The position numbers and the translations under genes were made by a program. From Paracoccaceae bacterium (GTDB taxonomy: Bacteria; Pseudomonadota; Alphaproteobacteria; Rhodobacterales; Rhodobacteraceae): a stretch of DNA of 64,000 bases. The notes beneath the pieces were generated by a model. The model worked only from the letters and a program-made list of their open reading frames with translations, was not told the origin of the DNA and did not search any database. Where the stretch lies: contig JANPJU010000141.1 in NCBI GenBank assembly GCA_031425675.1, positions 2,648 to 66,647 of the forward strand, written 5' to 3'. The number at the start of each line of letters is the position of its first letter. The stretch's first letter is position 1. Positions 33,040 to 43,840 of the stretch are shown here, in pieces.

Positions 33040-34248
33040 ATGCTGATTACCCCGTCCCTTCTGCATGTGAAAACCCACGCTGGTCGCGGTCGGCAGGAAC
33101 CTGCCGTTGTGCTGCGCCCGGTTGGGGTGGACACCGGCTTTGTGGTCGATGGAATGACGGCAGAACAGGTGCTTGGTCGGCTGGATGTGCCGGTCATGCA
33201 CCTGGGGCCAGAGATGACGGAATGGCAGTGCATCCGGGTGGATCACGCGGCCATGGCGCAACGCGGCGAATGGACTGACCTGCTGGAGGCGATGCGGTTT
33301 GCCGATCAGGACCGCACCATGGCCTCGGGCGGGCAACGGGTCGCACCGCTGATCAGCGAAGGCATCCGGTCGGGCTTTGATGCAGCGGTCGCGCGCCAGG
33401 ATCTTGTGACCGCCGCCCAGGAACTCAAGCGGTTCGAAGCGGTGGTCGAACTGAACCCCGAAGACTATGTCGCGGCGCATCTTCTGGCGCAGGTCCATAT
33501 CGACCTTGGCATCGCCAAACGCATCATCGCGTCGAACGGGCAACTGTCGCGCGATCTTCTGGCGGAGAGTGCCGCCCATTTCGACGCGGCAGAGGAATTG
33601 CTGGATACGTTCGACCCGATCGAGGAACTGTCGCCTCTGCTGGCGACGACCCGCTATCTGTCGGTCAGCGGGATCGAAGATGGCGCCGCCCTGTGCCGCG
33701 ACTGGTACGAAGACTGGTGCGACCTTGACCCCGAGGATGCCACCCCCCACGCCGCCCACGCCATCCACATGCTGCCCGATTGGTTCGGTTCACTTGCCGC
33801 GTTTGAAAAGGCAGCGCGCAAGGCCGCCACCATGACCGACGCGACGACTGGTCAGGCCGCCTATGCCATCTTTCACATGACAGCCCGCGCACACCTTGGC
33901 GACATGCTGCCCACGCTGGACCTGATCCGCTTTCTGCGCGGGCTGGCCGATTATCAGGCCGCAACCGGCTGTCAGCACCGCGCGAACATCGTGGCCAGCC
34001 TGCTGACCGGCCTGATGCGCGACTACCGCCTTGCGGGCCCCTCTGCGGCGTTTCAACTGACCAAGGTGCGCGCGGCCTTGTCTGATGTGCTGTGGAACCG
34101 CCTGCATGAGGTGCATCTGGACCGCTGGGACCACGGTGTCGACAGTTTGGCCTTCGCGTTGGGTGAGGTGTTCGGCCCCGCCCTGAAACGGGGTGCCCGC
34201 ATCTGCCGTCGGGGTACCGGCCTTGGCACCCGCGTGCCGCGCGGCTGA
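33040..34248 (+). CDS. Conserved hypothetical helical protein (possibly DUF4034-like)
   Basis: Long ORF with host-like codon use; MLPDWFGS resembles the LPRWGGS motif; start uncertain. Confidence 0.55.
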   Translation: MLITPSLLHVKTHAGRGRQEPAVVLRPVGVDTGFVVDGMTAEQVLGRLDVPVMHLGPEMTEWQCIRVDHAAMAQRGEWTDLLEAMRFADQDRTMASGGQRVAPLISEGIRSGFDAAVARQDLVTAAQELKRFEAVVELNPEDYVAAHLLAQVHIDLGIAKRIIASNGQLSRDLLAESAAHFDAAEELLDTFDPIEELSPLLATTRYLSVSGIEDGAALCRDWYEDWCDLDPEDATPHAAHAIHMLPDWFGSLAAFEKAARKAATMTDATTGQAAYAIFHMTARAHLGDMLPTLDLIRFLRGLADYQAATGCQHRANIVASLLTGLMRDYRLAGPSAAFQLTKVRAALSDVLWNRLHEVHLDRWDHGVDSLAFALGEVFGPALKRGARICRRGTGLGTRVPRG

Positions 34249-34329
34249 TACTCACCCCCGCCAAACCACTCCCCCCTTGCCCGTCGCCTGCGCCCGGCCT
34301 AAACCCGTGCCCGGACCAGATGCGGAGGC

Positions 34330-35844
34330 ATGATGCTTGACCTTGTGACAACAGCGCCAAAACCCAAGGTCATCGCCGGGGCTACGGGCGATTGGGAACT
34401 GGTGATCGGCATGGAAATCCATGCCCAGGTCTCGTCCAATGCCAAGCTCTTTTCAGGGGCGTCCACCACCTTCGGGGCCGAGCCGAACTCCAACGTGGCG
34501 ATGGTGGACGCGGCCATGCCGGGGATGCTGCCAGTCATCAACGAATTCTGCGTGGAACAGGCCGTCCGCACCGGCCTTGGCCTGAAGGCGCAGATCAACC
34601 TGACCTCGGCCTTCGACCGCAAGAACTATTTCTACCCTGATCTGCCGCAGGGGTATCAGATCAGCCAACTTTACCACCCCATTGTGGGCGAGGGTGAGGT
34701 CATCGTCGAACTGTCCCCCGGTGTCGCGCGTCTGGTGCGGATCGAGCGGATTCACCTTGAGCAGGACGCGGGCAAGTCGATCCACGACATGGACCCGACG
34801 CTCAGCTTCGTCGACTTCAACCGCACAGGCGTGGCGCTGATGGAAATCGTCAGCCGCCCCGATATTCGCTGCCCCGAGGAAGCGGCGGCCTATGTCACCA
34901 AACTGCGCCAGATCCTGCGCTACCTTGGCACCTGCGATGGCAACATGCAGAACGGCAACCTGCGCGCCGATGTGAACGTGTCGGTCTGCCGCCCCGGCCA
35001 GCATGAGAAGTATCAGGCCACGCAGGATTTCAGCCACCTCGGCACCCGGTGCGAGATCAAGAACATGAACTCCATGCGGTTCATCCAGCTGGCGATTGAT
35101 TATGAGGCCCGGCGCCAGATTGCCATTCTGGAGGATGGCGGCAAGGTCGTGCAGGAAACCCGCCTTTACGACCCCGACAAGAATGAGACGCGGTCGATGC
35201 GGTCCAAGGAAGAGGCGCATGATTACCGCTACTTCCCCGACCCCGACCTGCTGCCGCTGGAAATCGAACAGGCCTGGGTGGACGATATCGCCGCAACCAT
35301 GCCGGAACTGCCCGATGCCAAGAAGTCCCGCTTCATGGCCGATTTCGGACTGACCGACTATGACGCCAACGTGCTGACCGCCGACCTCGACTCCTCCAGC
35401 TATTTTGAGGCCGTCGCACAGGGCCGTGACGGCAAGACGGCGGCGAACTGGGTCATCAATGAACTTTTCGGCCGCCTCAACAAGCAAGGCCTGACCATCG
35501 CCGAAACCCCGGTTTCCGCCGCGCAGCTTGGCGGCGTCCTGGACCTGATCGCAAAAGGCACCATCACCGGCAAGATGGCCAAGGACCTGTTCGAGATCGT
35601 CTGGACCGAAGGCGGCGATCCGGCAGCACTGGCCGAAGCGCACGGCATGCAGCAGGTCACCGACACGGGTGAGATTGAAGCCGCCCTTGATGCCCTGATG
35701 GCCGCAAACCCCGATCAGGTGGCCAAGGTCAAGCTGAACGCGAAACTTGCGGGCTGGTTCACCGGTCAGGTCCTCAAGGCCACGGGCGGCAAGGCGAACC
35801 CTGCCACCGTCAACGCGCTGGTGGCGGCCAAGCTGGGGCTTTGA
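34330..35844 (+). CDS. gatB: Asp/Glu-tRNA amidotransferase subunit B
   Basis: [47 protein letters not shown]. Confidence 0.98.
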   Translation: MMLDLVTTAPKPKVIAGATGDWELVIGMEIHAQVSSNAKLFSGASTTFGAEPNSNVAMVDAAMPGMLPVINEFCVEQAVRTGLGLKAQINLTSAFDRKNYFYPDLPQGYQISQLYHPIVGEGEVIVELSPGVARLVRIERIHLEQDAGKSIHDMDPTLSFVDFNRTGVALMEIVSRPDIRCPEEAAAYVTKLRQILRYLGTCDGNMQNGNLRADVNVSVCRPGQHEKYQATQDFSHLGTRCEIKNMNSMRFIQLAIDYEARRQIAILEDGGKVVQETRLYDPDKNETRSMRSKEEAHDYRYFPDPDLLPLEIEQAWVDDIAATMPELPDAKKSRFMADFGLTDYDANVLTADLDSSSYFEAVAQGRDGKTAANWVINELFGRLNKQGLTIAETPVSAAQLGGVLDLIAKGTITGKMAKDLFEIVWTEGGDPAALAEAHGMQQVTDTGEIEAALDALMAANPDQVAKVKLNAKLAGWFTGQVLKATGGKANPATVNALVAAKLGL

Positions 35845-35957
35845 CGGACAGGAAGCCTGTGGCAATGCAGGCGCGGTTCTGCCAGAGGTGCCTTCCGTGA
35901 TTTGCGGTTGCGGACAGAATCTTTTATGGGTTGCGCGATCAATACGGGAGAAACCCG

Positions 35958-36332
35958 ATGCAGCGCTTTGAATACAAGGTCATTCCAGCCCCCAAACGGG
36001 GCGAAAAGGCGCGTGGCGTGAAAACCACGGAAGACCGCTTTGCCTATGCGTTGACCCTTTTGATGAACGACCTTGGCGCCGACGGCTGGGACTATGTCCG
36101 CGCCGATGCGCTGCCCTGTGAAGAACGCGCAGGCTTTACCGGCACCAAGACCACGTTCCAGAATGTGCTGGTCTTCCGCCGGGTGCTGGCCACGCCAGAG
36201 GAACGCCCCGCGACGCGCCTTCTTCTCAGCGAACCCAGCCCGCCCGCGCCGCGCCTTGGCCCGGCTGAGGCACCGATGCCGGCAACCGCCCCGACCGTAG
36301 GCCCGGCCAAACCAGACGTTGCCGCCGAATAA
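35958..36332 (+). CDS. DUF4177-family protein
   Basis: FEYKVIPAP, LMNDLGADGWDY, LVFRR. Confidence 0.8.
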   Translation: MQRFEYKVIPAPKRGEKARGVKTTEDRFAYALTLLMNDLGADGWDYVRADALPCEERAGFTGTKTTFQNVLVFRRVLATPEERPATRLLLSEPSPPAPRLGPAEAPMPATAPTVGPAKPDVAAE

Positions 36333-37433
36333 TCAGCCCGCAGCGCGCAAGGCCCGCGGCAGGGCTTCGGCCACCACGTCGATCGCGGCCTCATCCCCCA
36401 GACTGATGCGGATGCAGCGGTCCAACGGGGCAACGCCCGGCATCCGGATGAACACGCCCGCCTGCGCCATGCCAGTCAGAACCTTGCGCGCATAGGCCCC
36501 ATCCCGGCCACAGTCGATTGTGACAAAGTTGGTAGCAGATGGCAAAGGCCGCAGCCCGTTGTCCGTAGCAATGCCCGCAAGCCTTACCCGCGCCGCCTGC
36601 GTGCGCTGCTGCACCGACATCAGCCAATCCTGATCCGCCAGCGCCGCCAGGGCCCCGGCCTGGGAAATCCGCCCCATCCCGAAATGATCGCGCACCTTGT
36701 CAAAGGCCAGCGCCAGATCGGGGTTGGTGATCGCATAGCCCACCCGCGCCCCCGCCAGCCCATAGCCTTTGGAAAACGTCCGCAGCCGGATGACCTGAGG
36801 GTGGTCAGGCGCAATCGTGGGCACCGTGTCGTGCGGGGCAAGGTCTGCATAAGCCTCATCCAGGATCAACAGCGTCTCGGGCGGCAGGTTCGCCACCAGA
36901 TCCTCGATCACTTCCGCCGGGTGATGGCTGCCCATCGGGTTGTCGGGGTTGGCCAGATACAACAGCCGCGCGCCGGTTGCCTTGGCGATGTGCAACAGCC
37001 CCTCGGCATCCTCATGATCGCCCTTGTAGGGCACACGGGTCAGCGCGCCGCCAAAGCCCTGCACATGGAAATTGAACGTGGGGTAAGCGCCAAGGCTGGT
37101 GACCACCGGCGTGCCCGCCTCAAGCGTCAGGCGGCAGATCAGCCCCAGCAACCCGTCAATCCCCGGCCCCACCGCCAGATGCGCGGGCGTCACCCCATGA
37201 TGCCGCGCAAGCGCCTGTTTCAGATCGTGGTTTTCCGGATCGCCATACATCCACGCCCCGGAAGCCGCCACAGCCATCGCCGCCACCGCCTTGGGTGAAG
37301 GGCCGAACAGCTGCTCATTCGCGCCCAGCCGCACCCGGAACCGTACGCCGCTTTGCCGTTCAAGCGCTTCAGGTCCGGTGAACGGTACGGTTGAGGGCAG
37401 GGCTGCAGCATGGGCCGTCAGAAATCGCGACAT
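36333..37433 (-). CDS. PLP-dependent aminotransferase class I/II (HisC-like)
   Basis: LGANE, NPDNPMG, DEAY, RTFSKGYGLAGARVGY. Confidence 0.9.
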   Translation of the reverse strand: MSRFLTAHAAALPSTVPFTGPEALERQSGVRFRVRLGANEQLFGPSPKAVAAMAVAASGAWMYGDPENHDLKQALARHHGVTPAHLAVGPGIDGLLGLICRLTLEAGTPVVTSLGAYPTFNFHVQGFGGALTRVPYKGDHEDAEGLLHIAKATGARLLYLANPDNPMGSHHPAEVIEDLVANLPPETLLILDEAYADLAPHDTVPTIAPDHPQVIRLRTFSKGYGLAGARVGYAITNPDLALAFDKVRDHFGMGRISQAGALAALADQDWLMSVQQRTQAARVRLAGIATDNGLRPLPSATNFVTIDCGRDGAYARKVLTGMAQAGVFIRMPGVAPLDRCIRISLGDEAAIDVVAEALPRALRAAG

Positions 37434-37494
37434 CGCCAAAAACTCGCACAGCCACCCAACCCGCGCAAGGGCCTCAAAGCCCTGACCCAAACGG

Positions 37495-37540
37495 CTTTCT
37501 CTTCTTCAAATATCCCCGCCGGAGGCACCCCCCGGCGGGG
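37495..37540 (+). repeat. Dispersed palindromic element at the valS 3' end
   Basis: Pyrimidine tract plus CAAATAT, then a 9-bp stem CCCCGCCGG/CCGGCGGGG. Confidence 0.5.
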
Positions 37541-37550
37541 CAAGGCGCTG

Positions 37551-40500
37551 TCAGTCCAGATCAGCCAGCCGTACCAGCGCCGCCTTCATTTTCGCCGCCT
37601 CAACCTCGCGCGCTTCAAGATTGGCGCGCGCTTCCATCACCACATCCTCGGGCGCGGATTTGGCGAAGTTGGGGTTGTCCAGCCGCCCCTTCAGCCCGCC
37701 GATTTCCTTGCCCAGCTTGTCCAGCGCTTTCTGCAGGCGGGATTTCTCCTCGGCAATGTCGATCAGGCCTTGCAGCGGGATCGCGAAAGCCGCCCCTTCC
37801 GCCGCGACCGCGATGCTGCCTTTGGGGGCGGGGCCTTCGGTCACCGTCTCCACCCGCGCCAGCCGCTTGATCAGCGCCTCATTACGCTGGAACGCTGCCC
37901 GCGCGGCGTCGGTCAGGCTGGTGGCGACAAGGTCGGCCTTCAACCCCACCGGCACATGCACCTGCGCGCGGGCACTGCGGATATCGTCGATCAGGGTGGT
38001 GACAAAGCTCATCTCCTGCGCGGCCTCAGCGTCGATCAGGCTGGCGGGCAGGGTGGGCCAGTCGGTGTGGACGAGGAGTTTCTCGCGCTTGCCGGTGGTT
38101 CCCCACAGCTCTTCGGTGATGAAGGGCATGAAGGGGTGCAGCAGGATCATCGACTGGTCAAGGACCCACGCCATCGTCTGGCGGGTTTCCCCGGCGTCGG
38201 GGCCGTCGAACAGGGGTTTGGCAAATTCGACGTACCAGTCGCAGACCTTGCCCCAGACGAACTTGTAAAGCGCGTCGGCGGCGGTGTCGAAGCGGAACGC
38301 CTCCAGCGCCTCATTCACCTCGGCCAGGGTGCGGGCGGTTTCGCCGATGATCCACTTGTTCGCTGTGGCTTGCGGTGTGGGCGCGGGGCCGGTCGCGTGG
38401 CCGTCCCAGACCCCGTTCATCTCGGCAAAGCGGCAGGCGTTCCAGAGCTTGGTGCCGAAGTTCCGGTAGCCCGCGATGCGTTGGGTATCCAGCTTCAGCA
38501 CGCCCCCCAGCGAGGCCATCGCCGCATTGGCAAACCGGAGCGCATCGGCGCCGTATTCGTCGATGATCTCCAGCGGGTCGATGACGTTGCCGAGCGACTT
38601 CGACATCTTCTTGCCCTTGGCGTCGCGGACGAGGCCGTGCAGGTAGACGGTGTGGAACGGAATGTCGTTCACCACGGCAAGCTGCATCATCATCATCCGG
38701 GCGACCCAGAAGAACAGGATATCCTGCCCGGTCACGAGGACCGAGGTGGGGAAGTATTTCTGCAGCTCCGGCGTGGGCTCCGGCCAGCCAAGCGTGCCGA
38801 TCGGCCAGAGGCCGGAGGAGAACCAGGTGTCGAGGACGTCGGGGTCGCGGATAAGTGGAGTCTTTTGGGCGAACTCCTTCCGATCATAGAAGCCCTTGAG
38901 GTCTTCGATGCTGTCGAGCAAGACAATCCTGTCTTCCGGCTCGCCATAGTATTCGCTGGCCATCTTGCGGACATCGGACCAAGACGAGGCGCAGAACTCA
39001 GCGCGTTGACCGCCAAATGGGCCACCAAGCCGGTTGTGCCTCTCTTTCAAGGAAAGCTGCCGGTCGGACCAAGCGGGACGCGATGTAACGGGCGGCCCAT
39101 ACCAAACCGGAATCTGGTGCCCCCACCAAAGCTGGCGGCTGATGCACCAGGGCTCGATATTTTCCAGCCAGTGGTAGTAGGTCTTCTCGCCCGAGGGCGG
39201 GATGATCTTCGTGCGGCCGGTCCGCACCGCCTCCAGCGCGGGTTCGACGATCTTGGCGGTATCGACAAACCACTGGTCGGTCAGCATCGGCTCGATCACC
39301 ACTTTCGAGCGGTCGCCGAAGGGCTGCATGATCGGCTTGGACTCGACATACGGCACCAGTTCCAGGTGCTCCGCGCCGGTTTCCTTGTCGACGGATTTCT
39401 TCAGGGTGGTGACCGCCAGCCCCTCGGCCGTGATCGCCTCGACCACGCGCTTGCGGGCCTCGTAGCGGTCCAGCCCGCGCAACTCGTCGGGGACGAGGTT
39501 CAGGGCGTCGATCTCGGATTCTGACAGGGTGAAGGGCTGCTCGGCGATGCCGGGGGTGGCGTAGCCGTTGGCGACCAGCCAGGCGCGGGACATGCGGCCT
39601 GCGATCTCTGCCGCCTCGGCATAAGGCGCGCCGTCGGCCCGCATCTGGGCGCGGGTGTCCAGCAGGCGGTAGCAGGGGATGTCGCCGCGCTTGGCGACGG
39701 CGTAGTCGTTGAAGTCATGCGCGCCGGTGATCTTGACGGCACCGGAGCCGAAACTAGGGTCCGGGTATTCGTCGGTGATGATCGGAATCAGGCGGCGGTG
39801 TTCCGCCGGCCCCACCGGAATTTCGCAAAGTTTCCCGACGATTGGCGCATACCGTTCATCTGATGGATGAACTGCGACCGCGCCGTCGCCCAGCATGGTT
39901 TCGGGCCGGGTAGTGGCGATGGAGATGTAATCCCGCGTCTCGCGCAGGGTCACGTTCCCCTCGGCGTCCTTCTCGACATACTCATAGGTCTCCCCACCTG
40001 CGAGCGGGTATTTGAAGTGCCACATGTGGCCGGGGACTTCGGTATTCTCGACCTCCAGGTCGGAAATCGCCGTCTCGAAATGCGGGTCCCAGTTCACCAA
40101 GCGCTTGCCGCGGTAGATCAGGCCCTTGTTGTAGAGGTCGACGAAGACCTTGATGACGGCGTCGTGGAAGTTGCCGTCCTCACCCGCTGGCGCGCCGGGG
40201 GCACCCGACATGGTGAAGGCCTCCCGGTCCCAGTCGCAGGACGCGCCGAGGCGTTCCAGCTGGCCGCGAATGTTGCCGCGCGACTTCTGTTTCTGTTGCC
40301 AGACGCGAGCCAGGAACTTCTCGCGCCCCATGGTCCGGCGGTCAGGCTCTTGCTGCAAAGCCATCTCACGCTCGGTCACCATTTGCGTCGCGATACCGGC
40401 ATGGTCGGTACCGGGCTGCCAGAGGGTGTCGTCGCCCTGCATCCGGTGCCAGCGGGTCAGAATGTCCTGCAGCGTGTTGTTGAACGCGTGGCCCATATGC

Positions 40501-40655
40501 AGGCTGCCGGTCACGTTCGGCGGCGGGATCATGACCGAAAAGGCGGGGCGGCCGGGTTTGGCGTTCGCTCCGGCGGCGAAGGCTTTCCGGTCAAGCCAGA
40601 GCTTGGAGATCCGCGCCTCGGCCTCGGTCGCGTTGAAGGTCTTTTCCATCGGCAT
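37551..40655 (-). CDS. valS: Valine--tRNA ligase
   Basis: [47 protein letters not shown]-terminal coiled coil. Confidence 0.98.
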   Translation of the reverse strand: MPMEKTFNATEAEARISKLWLDRKAFAAGANAKPGRPAFSVMIPPPNVTGSLHMGHAFNNTLQDILTRWHRMQGDDTLWQPGTDHAGIATQMVTEREMALQQEPDRRTMGREKFLARVWQQKQKSRGNIRGQLERLGASCDWDREAFTMSGAPGAPAGEDGNFHDAVIKVFVDLYNKGLIYRGKRLVNWDPHFETAISDLEVENTEVPGHMWHFKYPLAGGETYEYVEKDAEGNVTLRETRDYISIATTRPETMLGDGAVAVHPSDERYAPIVGKLCEIPVGPAEHRRLIPIITDEYPDPSFGSGAVKITGAHDFNDYAVAKRGDIPCYRLLDTRAQMRADGAPYAEAAEIAGRMSRAWLVANGYATPGIAEQPFTLSESEIDALNLVPDELRGLDRYEARKRVVEAITAEGLAVTTLKKSVDKETGAEHLELVPYVESKPIMQPFGDRSKVVIEPMLTDQWFVDTAKIVEPALEAVRTGRTKIIPPSGEKTYYHWLENIEPWCISRQLWWGHQIPVWYGPPVTSRPAWSDRQLSLKERHNRLGGPFGGQRAEFCASSWSDVRKMASEYYGEPEDRIVLLDSIEDLKGFYDRKEFAQKTPLIRDPDVLDTWFSSGLWPIGTLGWPEPTPELQKYFPTSVLVTGQDILFFWVARMMMMQLAVVNDIPFHTVYLHGLVRDAKGKKMSKSLGNVIDPLEIIDEYGADALRFANAAMASLGGVLKLDTQRIAGYRNFGTKLWNACRFAEMNGVWDGHATGPAPTPQATANKWIIGETARTLAEVNEALEAFRFDTAADALYKFVWGKVCDWYVEFAKPLFDGPDAGETRQTMAWVLDQSMILLHPFMPFITEELWGTTGKREKLLVHTDWPTLPASLIDAEAAQEMSFVTTLIDDIRSARAQVHVPVGLKADLVATSLTDAARAAFQRNEALIKRLARVETVTEGPAPKGSIAVAAEGAAFAIPLQGLIDIAEEKSRLQKALDKLGKEIGGLKGRLDNPNFAKSAPEDVVMEARANLEAREVEAAKMKAALVRLADLD

Positions 40656-40729
40656 CTTGGGCGTCCCTTACCTGTCGCGCGGTGTTTAGCGCGGGGGACG
40701 CCCAAGGAAAAGCACGATAACCCGTCCGC

Positions 40730-41557
40730 TCACCCGATTATGGCCAGGAAGGGCTGGCCTTGCAGGGCCTGGGTAAAGGTGAATATCACCAGGGCGGCAA
40801 ACACCCCTGCAGAAAGCCAGACAATCCGCAGGGCCTGGGCGGGCGCCATCCAGACTGCCAGAAGACCCGCGAGAGGAACAAAGTGCAGCGCGTGGGTCGC
40901 AAGGAAATGCGCCACCCGCAAATCCCCCGCATCGCGTGACCAGCCCATGACCACAAGCTCACGCGTGGAGGTGCCGACGAAATGGCCGTTGTTGCCGGAC
41001 ATATAGCCGGCCACCGGCAGGGTCAGCGCAAAGGTCAGGATCAGCCCCAGCGCCACCGAAAGCTGCAGCGCGGGATGCAGGCCCGTCGCCGGATTGCGCC
41101 AGATCACGATGCCCATCACCAGGCTTGCCGAGGTCAGAAGCGTCGCAAGCGCCCCCATCACCGGATAGACAGCGACAAACAGCGGCACCTCCGTGTTGAA
41201 ATGAGAGGCGGTGTTAAGCATCGCGGCGGCGGAGATCCACACCACCTCAACCACAATCGCCACGACGACGGCAGCGGTGAACCAGCGCCAGCGGCGGCCT
41301 GCACGGGTGGTGTCAGGCATCAGCCTTGCAAAGAAAGCAAGCGAGAGCGTGTAAACCCCCAGCGCGTAGTGAAACTTGATCGGCTTCATCCAGGGGCTTT
41401 CACCTTGGAAGATGCGGGTGTCCAGCGCCATCGCGGCGTAAAGCGGGATCAGGCCAAGCGCCAGCAGGACTGCCAGAATGAAAAAGGCGGGGGCATCGCT
41501 GGCCATCCGGCTGAAGGATGGCAGGGCCATGCGGGGGGCGGCAAGGGACAGGGTCAT
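40730..41557 (-). CDS. Conserved multi-pass membrane protein
   Basis: WMKPIKF, GDLRVAHFLATHALH; about 6-7 TM helices; coupled to the ABA4-like gene. Confidence 0.7.
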   Translation of the reverse strand: MTLSLAAPRMALPSFSRMASDAPAFFILAVLLALGLIPLYAAMALDTRIFQGESPWMKPIKFHYALGVYTLSLAFFARLMPDTTRAGRRWRWFTAAVVVAIVVEVVWISAAAMLNTASHFNTEVPLFVAVYPVMGALATLLTSASLVMGIVIWRNPATGLHPALQLSVALGLILTFALTLPVAGYMSGNNGHFVGTSTRELVVMGWSRDAGDLRVAHFLATHALHFVPLAGLLAVWMAPAQALRIVWLSAGVFAALVIFTFTQALQGQPFLAIIG

Positions 41558-42000
41558 GCGGGAACTTTCATCATCTGGGCCTTGGCGGCATAGGCCGCGC
41601 GCAGGGCGGTGAAGGCAAGAAAGCCGGCCGGTCCGAACAGGAACGTCAGCACAAGGCACGGCAGGATGAGAAGGTGGGGAATCCCTTCCGTCCGCGCTGT
41701 CCGGGTTATCCAGGCGCCGACAAACAGGTCAAAGGCAAGGTAATGGACCCAGCCCGCAAGGGCTACGCCAGGAGTGGTGAACAGCGCCATCACATCGGCC
41801 AGCGTGTCAAATCCGCCCGGCGCACTGGTCCAGTGCACCAGGATCAGCGCGGTGTAGCCAACCGAAAGCAGCGCCGGAATGGCCACTGCAGCAACCACAT
41901 CGGTCAGCCGTGGTGCCAGCGGTGCCAGGGTCAGCGACAACCACCCAAGCATCGCCAGCGGGCCGGTAAGTTGGAACAGGGAATGGGGGTTGGACAGCAT
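41554..42000 (-). CDS. ABA4-like (DUF4281) membrane protein
   Basis: GGFDTLADVMALF, AGWVHYLAFDLFVGAW, LTFLFGPAG. Confidence 0.85.
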   Translation of the reverse strand: MLSNPHSLFQLTGPLAMLGWLSLTLAPLAPRLTDVVAAVAIPALLSVGYTALILVHWTSAPGGFDTLADVMALFTTPGVALAGWVHYLAFDLFVGAWITRTARTEGIPHLLILPCLVLTFLFGPAGFLAFTALRAAYAAKAQMMKVPA

Positions 42001-42010
42001 GTCAGCTCCT

Positions 42011-42076
42011 ATCTTGACAGTGTCAGGATATGGAGCCCGCGCGGCCTGTCAAGGAAAATTTTGACAGTGGAAAGAT
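42011..42076. promoter_or_regulatory. Two candidate TetR operators
   Basis: Near-perfect palindrome ATCTTGACA-G-TGTCAGGAT (42011-42029) and a 15/19 copy at 42058-42076. Confidence 0.7.
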
Positions 42077-42095
42077 GGCTTGATAGTTCAGCAGC

Positions 42096-42725
42096 ATGAC
42101 CAAGGACATTCCCAAGCTGCGACCAGAGCCCCCCCTGACGTCAGCCACACGCCCCTACCATCATGGTGATTTGCGCACAGCACTTCTGGCCGCGGCCGAG
42201 GCGGAGCTTGCAGATCGCGGGATGGAAGGCTTTTCGCTACGCTCTGTCGCCAAGCGGGCCGGGGTCAGCCACGCCGCCCCCGCACACCATTTTGGCGATG
42301 CGAAGGGCCTACTGACGGCGCTTGCGGCCGAAGGGTTCCGCCAGTTTCTTGCCGCCCAAGCCGCGCGAGAAGCGGTTGCTGACCGCGATCCTGCGTCACA
42401 ACTGGTAGCGGCAGGTCTGGGCTATGTGGATTTCGCCCTTGCGCGGCCCACGCTGTTCCGGCTGCTTTGGCAATCTGAACGGCCCGATTTTTCCGATGCT
42501 GACCTTGGCGAAGCCGCCCGCGCCGCGTACACCCACCTCGTTAATCAGGTGACAGGCGCCGGCGGCCGCAGCACGGCGGACGAGGCGGCAGTCTGGGCGA
42601 TAGCTCATGGGCTTGCTGATTTGCTGGCGGCAGGGCGGCTAAGATCGGTGGGCTCGCTGCTGCAGCCTGCCCGCGATGCCATGCTGGCCGCAATCATCCG
42701 CCGGGCGCTGCCGGGGGCAGCTTGA
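42096..42725 (+). CDS. TetR/AcrR-family regulator
   Basis: YHHGDLR, FSLRSVAKRAGVSHAAPAHHF, WAIAHG. Confidence 0.92.
   Translation: MTKDIPKLRPEPPLTSATRPYHHGDLRTALLAAAEAELADRGMEGFSLRSVAKRAGVSHAAPAHHFGDAKGLLTALAAEGFRQFLAAQAAREAVADRDPASQLVAAGLGYVDFALARPTLFRLLWQSERPDFSDADLGEAARAAYTHLVNQVTGAGGRSTADEAAVWAIAHGLADLLAAGRLRSVGSLLQPARDAMLAAIIRRALPGAA
42671..42718 (+). repeat. 48-bp direct repeat, left copy (TetR 3' end)
   Basis: CCGCGATGCCATGCTGGCCGCAATCATCCGCCGGGCGCTGCCGGGGGC, identical to 43793-43840. Confidence 0.95.
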
Positions 42726-42844
42726 GAGGTGTCAAGGTGTTGCGCGACAACGCGCTTGCGGGCTGATAGCAGGGTCAATAGGGTTCGGCCTCAAGGTCTT
42801 TAGACTTGTGCGCACGAGTTGATTTAGCTGTGGAAAGTCAAGCA

Positions 42845-43789
42845 ATGAAAGAACGGCAAGCTGGAAAACTGCTGAAGATATTCTTCATTGTCGAGCCCGG
42901 TCCGTTGGAAGTTCAGGCGCATCTTCTGGTCGCTTCGCTCGTGCTGAACTGCCGTGATAATTTTGTTTTGCACGCCTATTGCCGAGCCGAGCGGCTGACC
43001 GGATTGCAAGCCGAAACCCTTGAGTTTCTGTCTAGTCAGTCCGTCGAATTGACCCCCATCGTAAATGATTTTCCCGATGGCTACCCTGCCGGCAACAAAC
43101 TTATCGCAGCAGATGCAGTGTCAGCGGCAGACTGGTTCCTTTTTCTTGATACCGACATGGTAATGGTGTGCCCCGCCTCGATTCTGGACGAAGCCGAAGC
43201 CGGTAAAGTGGCGGTGTGTCTGGACACTATCAACGCTTGGAGCAGCAAACCCGAGCAATGGATGTTGCTCTTTGGCACATTCGGGCAGTCGGTCCCGACA
43301 GAGGTAATTTCATATCCGCATGGAACCAGCGGCCCACCTCTCTTCAACGCGGGTCTGGTGCTTTTTCCGTCCGATCTCGCGGATGGCATGCATTTCGGTC
43401 ATCATTGGTTTCAAAGCGCGAAGGCGTTGGATGCCTTGCCGGATCTGGCCTCGAAACGGCCTTGGCTGGATACGATAGCCCTCTTGCCGACGCTAGCCAT
43501 GTTCCCGCAGTTCGGACCAACGCGGTTGTCCCCAATCTGGAACAACACGCCCGGTCTTCGCCAAGTAGATCCCGTGATCGTGCATTATCATGGCATCAGA
43601 CAAATCAAGATGCACGGTATGCTGGATATGGTTGACAAAGTACTCGCTGCATCGCCCAGCCGGTTCGAAACTTTGTGGGAACTGGCTTTCCACTACAAGC
43701 GTGACCTTGGCGTCAAAGGCGATGTGTTTCGTCGCGCAATGCGACATGGCCTCATGACACAAGCCGCTATCGAAAACTCGCAAACTTAA
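42845..43789 (+). CDS. GT-A fold glycosyltransferase (GT8-like), low GC
   Basis: FLFLDTDM (DxD), FNAGLVLF, WLDT, WN, IVHYHG; sampled lines 45-57% GC. Confidence 0.7.
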   Translation: MKERQAGKLLKIFFIVEPGPLEVQAHLLVASLVLNCRDNFVLHAYCRAERLTGLQAETLEFLSSQSVELTPIVNDFPDGYPAGNKLIAADAVSAADWFLFLDTDMVMVCPASILDEAEAGKVAVCLDTINAWSSKPEQWMLLFGTFGQSVPTEVISYPHGTSGPPLFNAGLVLFPSDLADGMHFGHHWFQSAKALDALPDLASKRPWLDTIALLPTLAMFPQFGPTRLSPIWNNTPGLRQVDPVIVHYHGIRQIKMHGMLDMVDKVLAASPSRFETLWELAFHYKRDLGVKGDVFRRAMRHGLMTQAAIENSQT

Positions 43790-43792
43790 GGG

Positions 43793-43840
43793 CCGCGATG
43801 CCATGCTGGCCGCAATCATCCGCCGGGCGCTGCCGGGGGC
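43793..43840 (+). repeat. 48-bp direct repeat, right copy
   Basis: Identical to 42671-42718, followed by TTAG. Confidence 0.95.
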
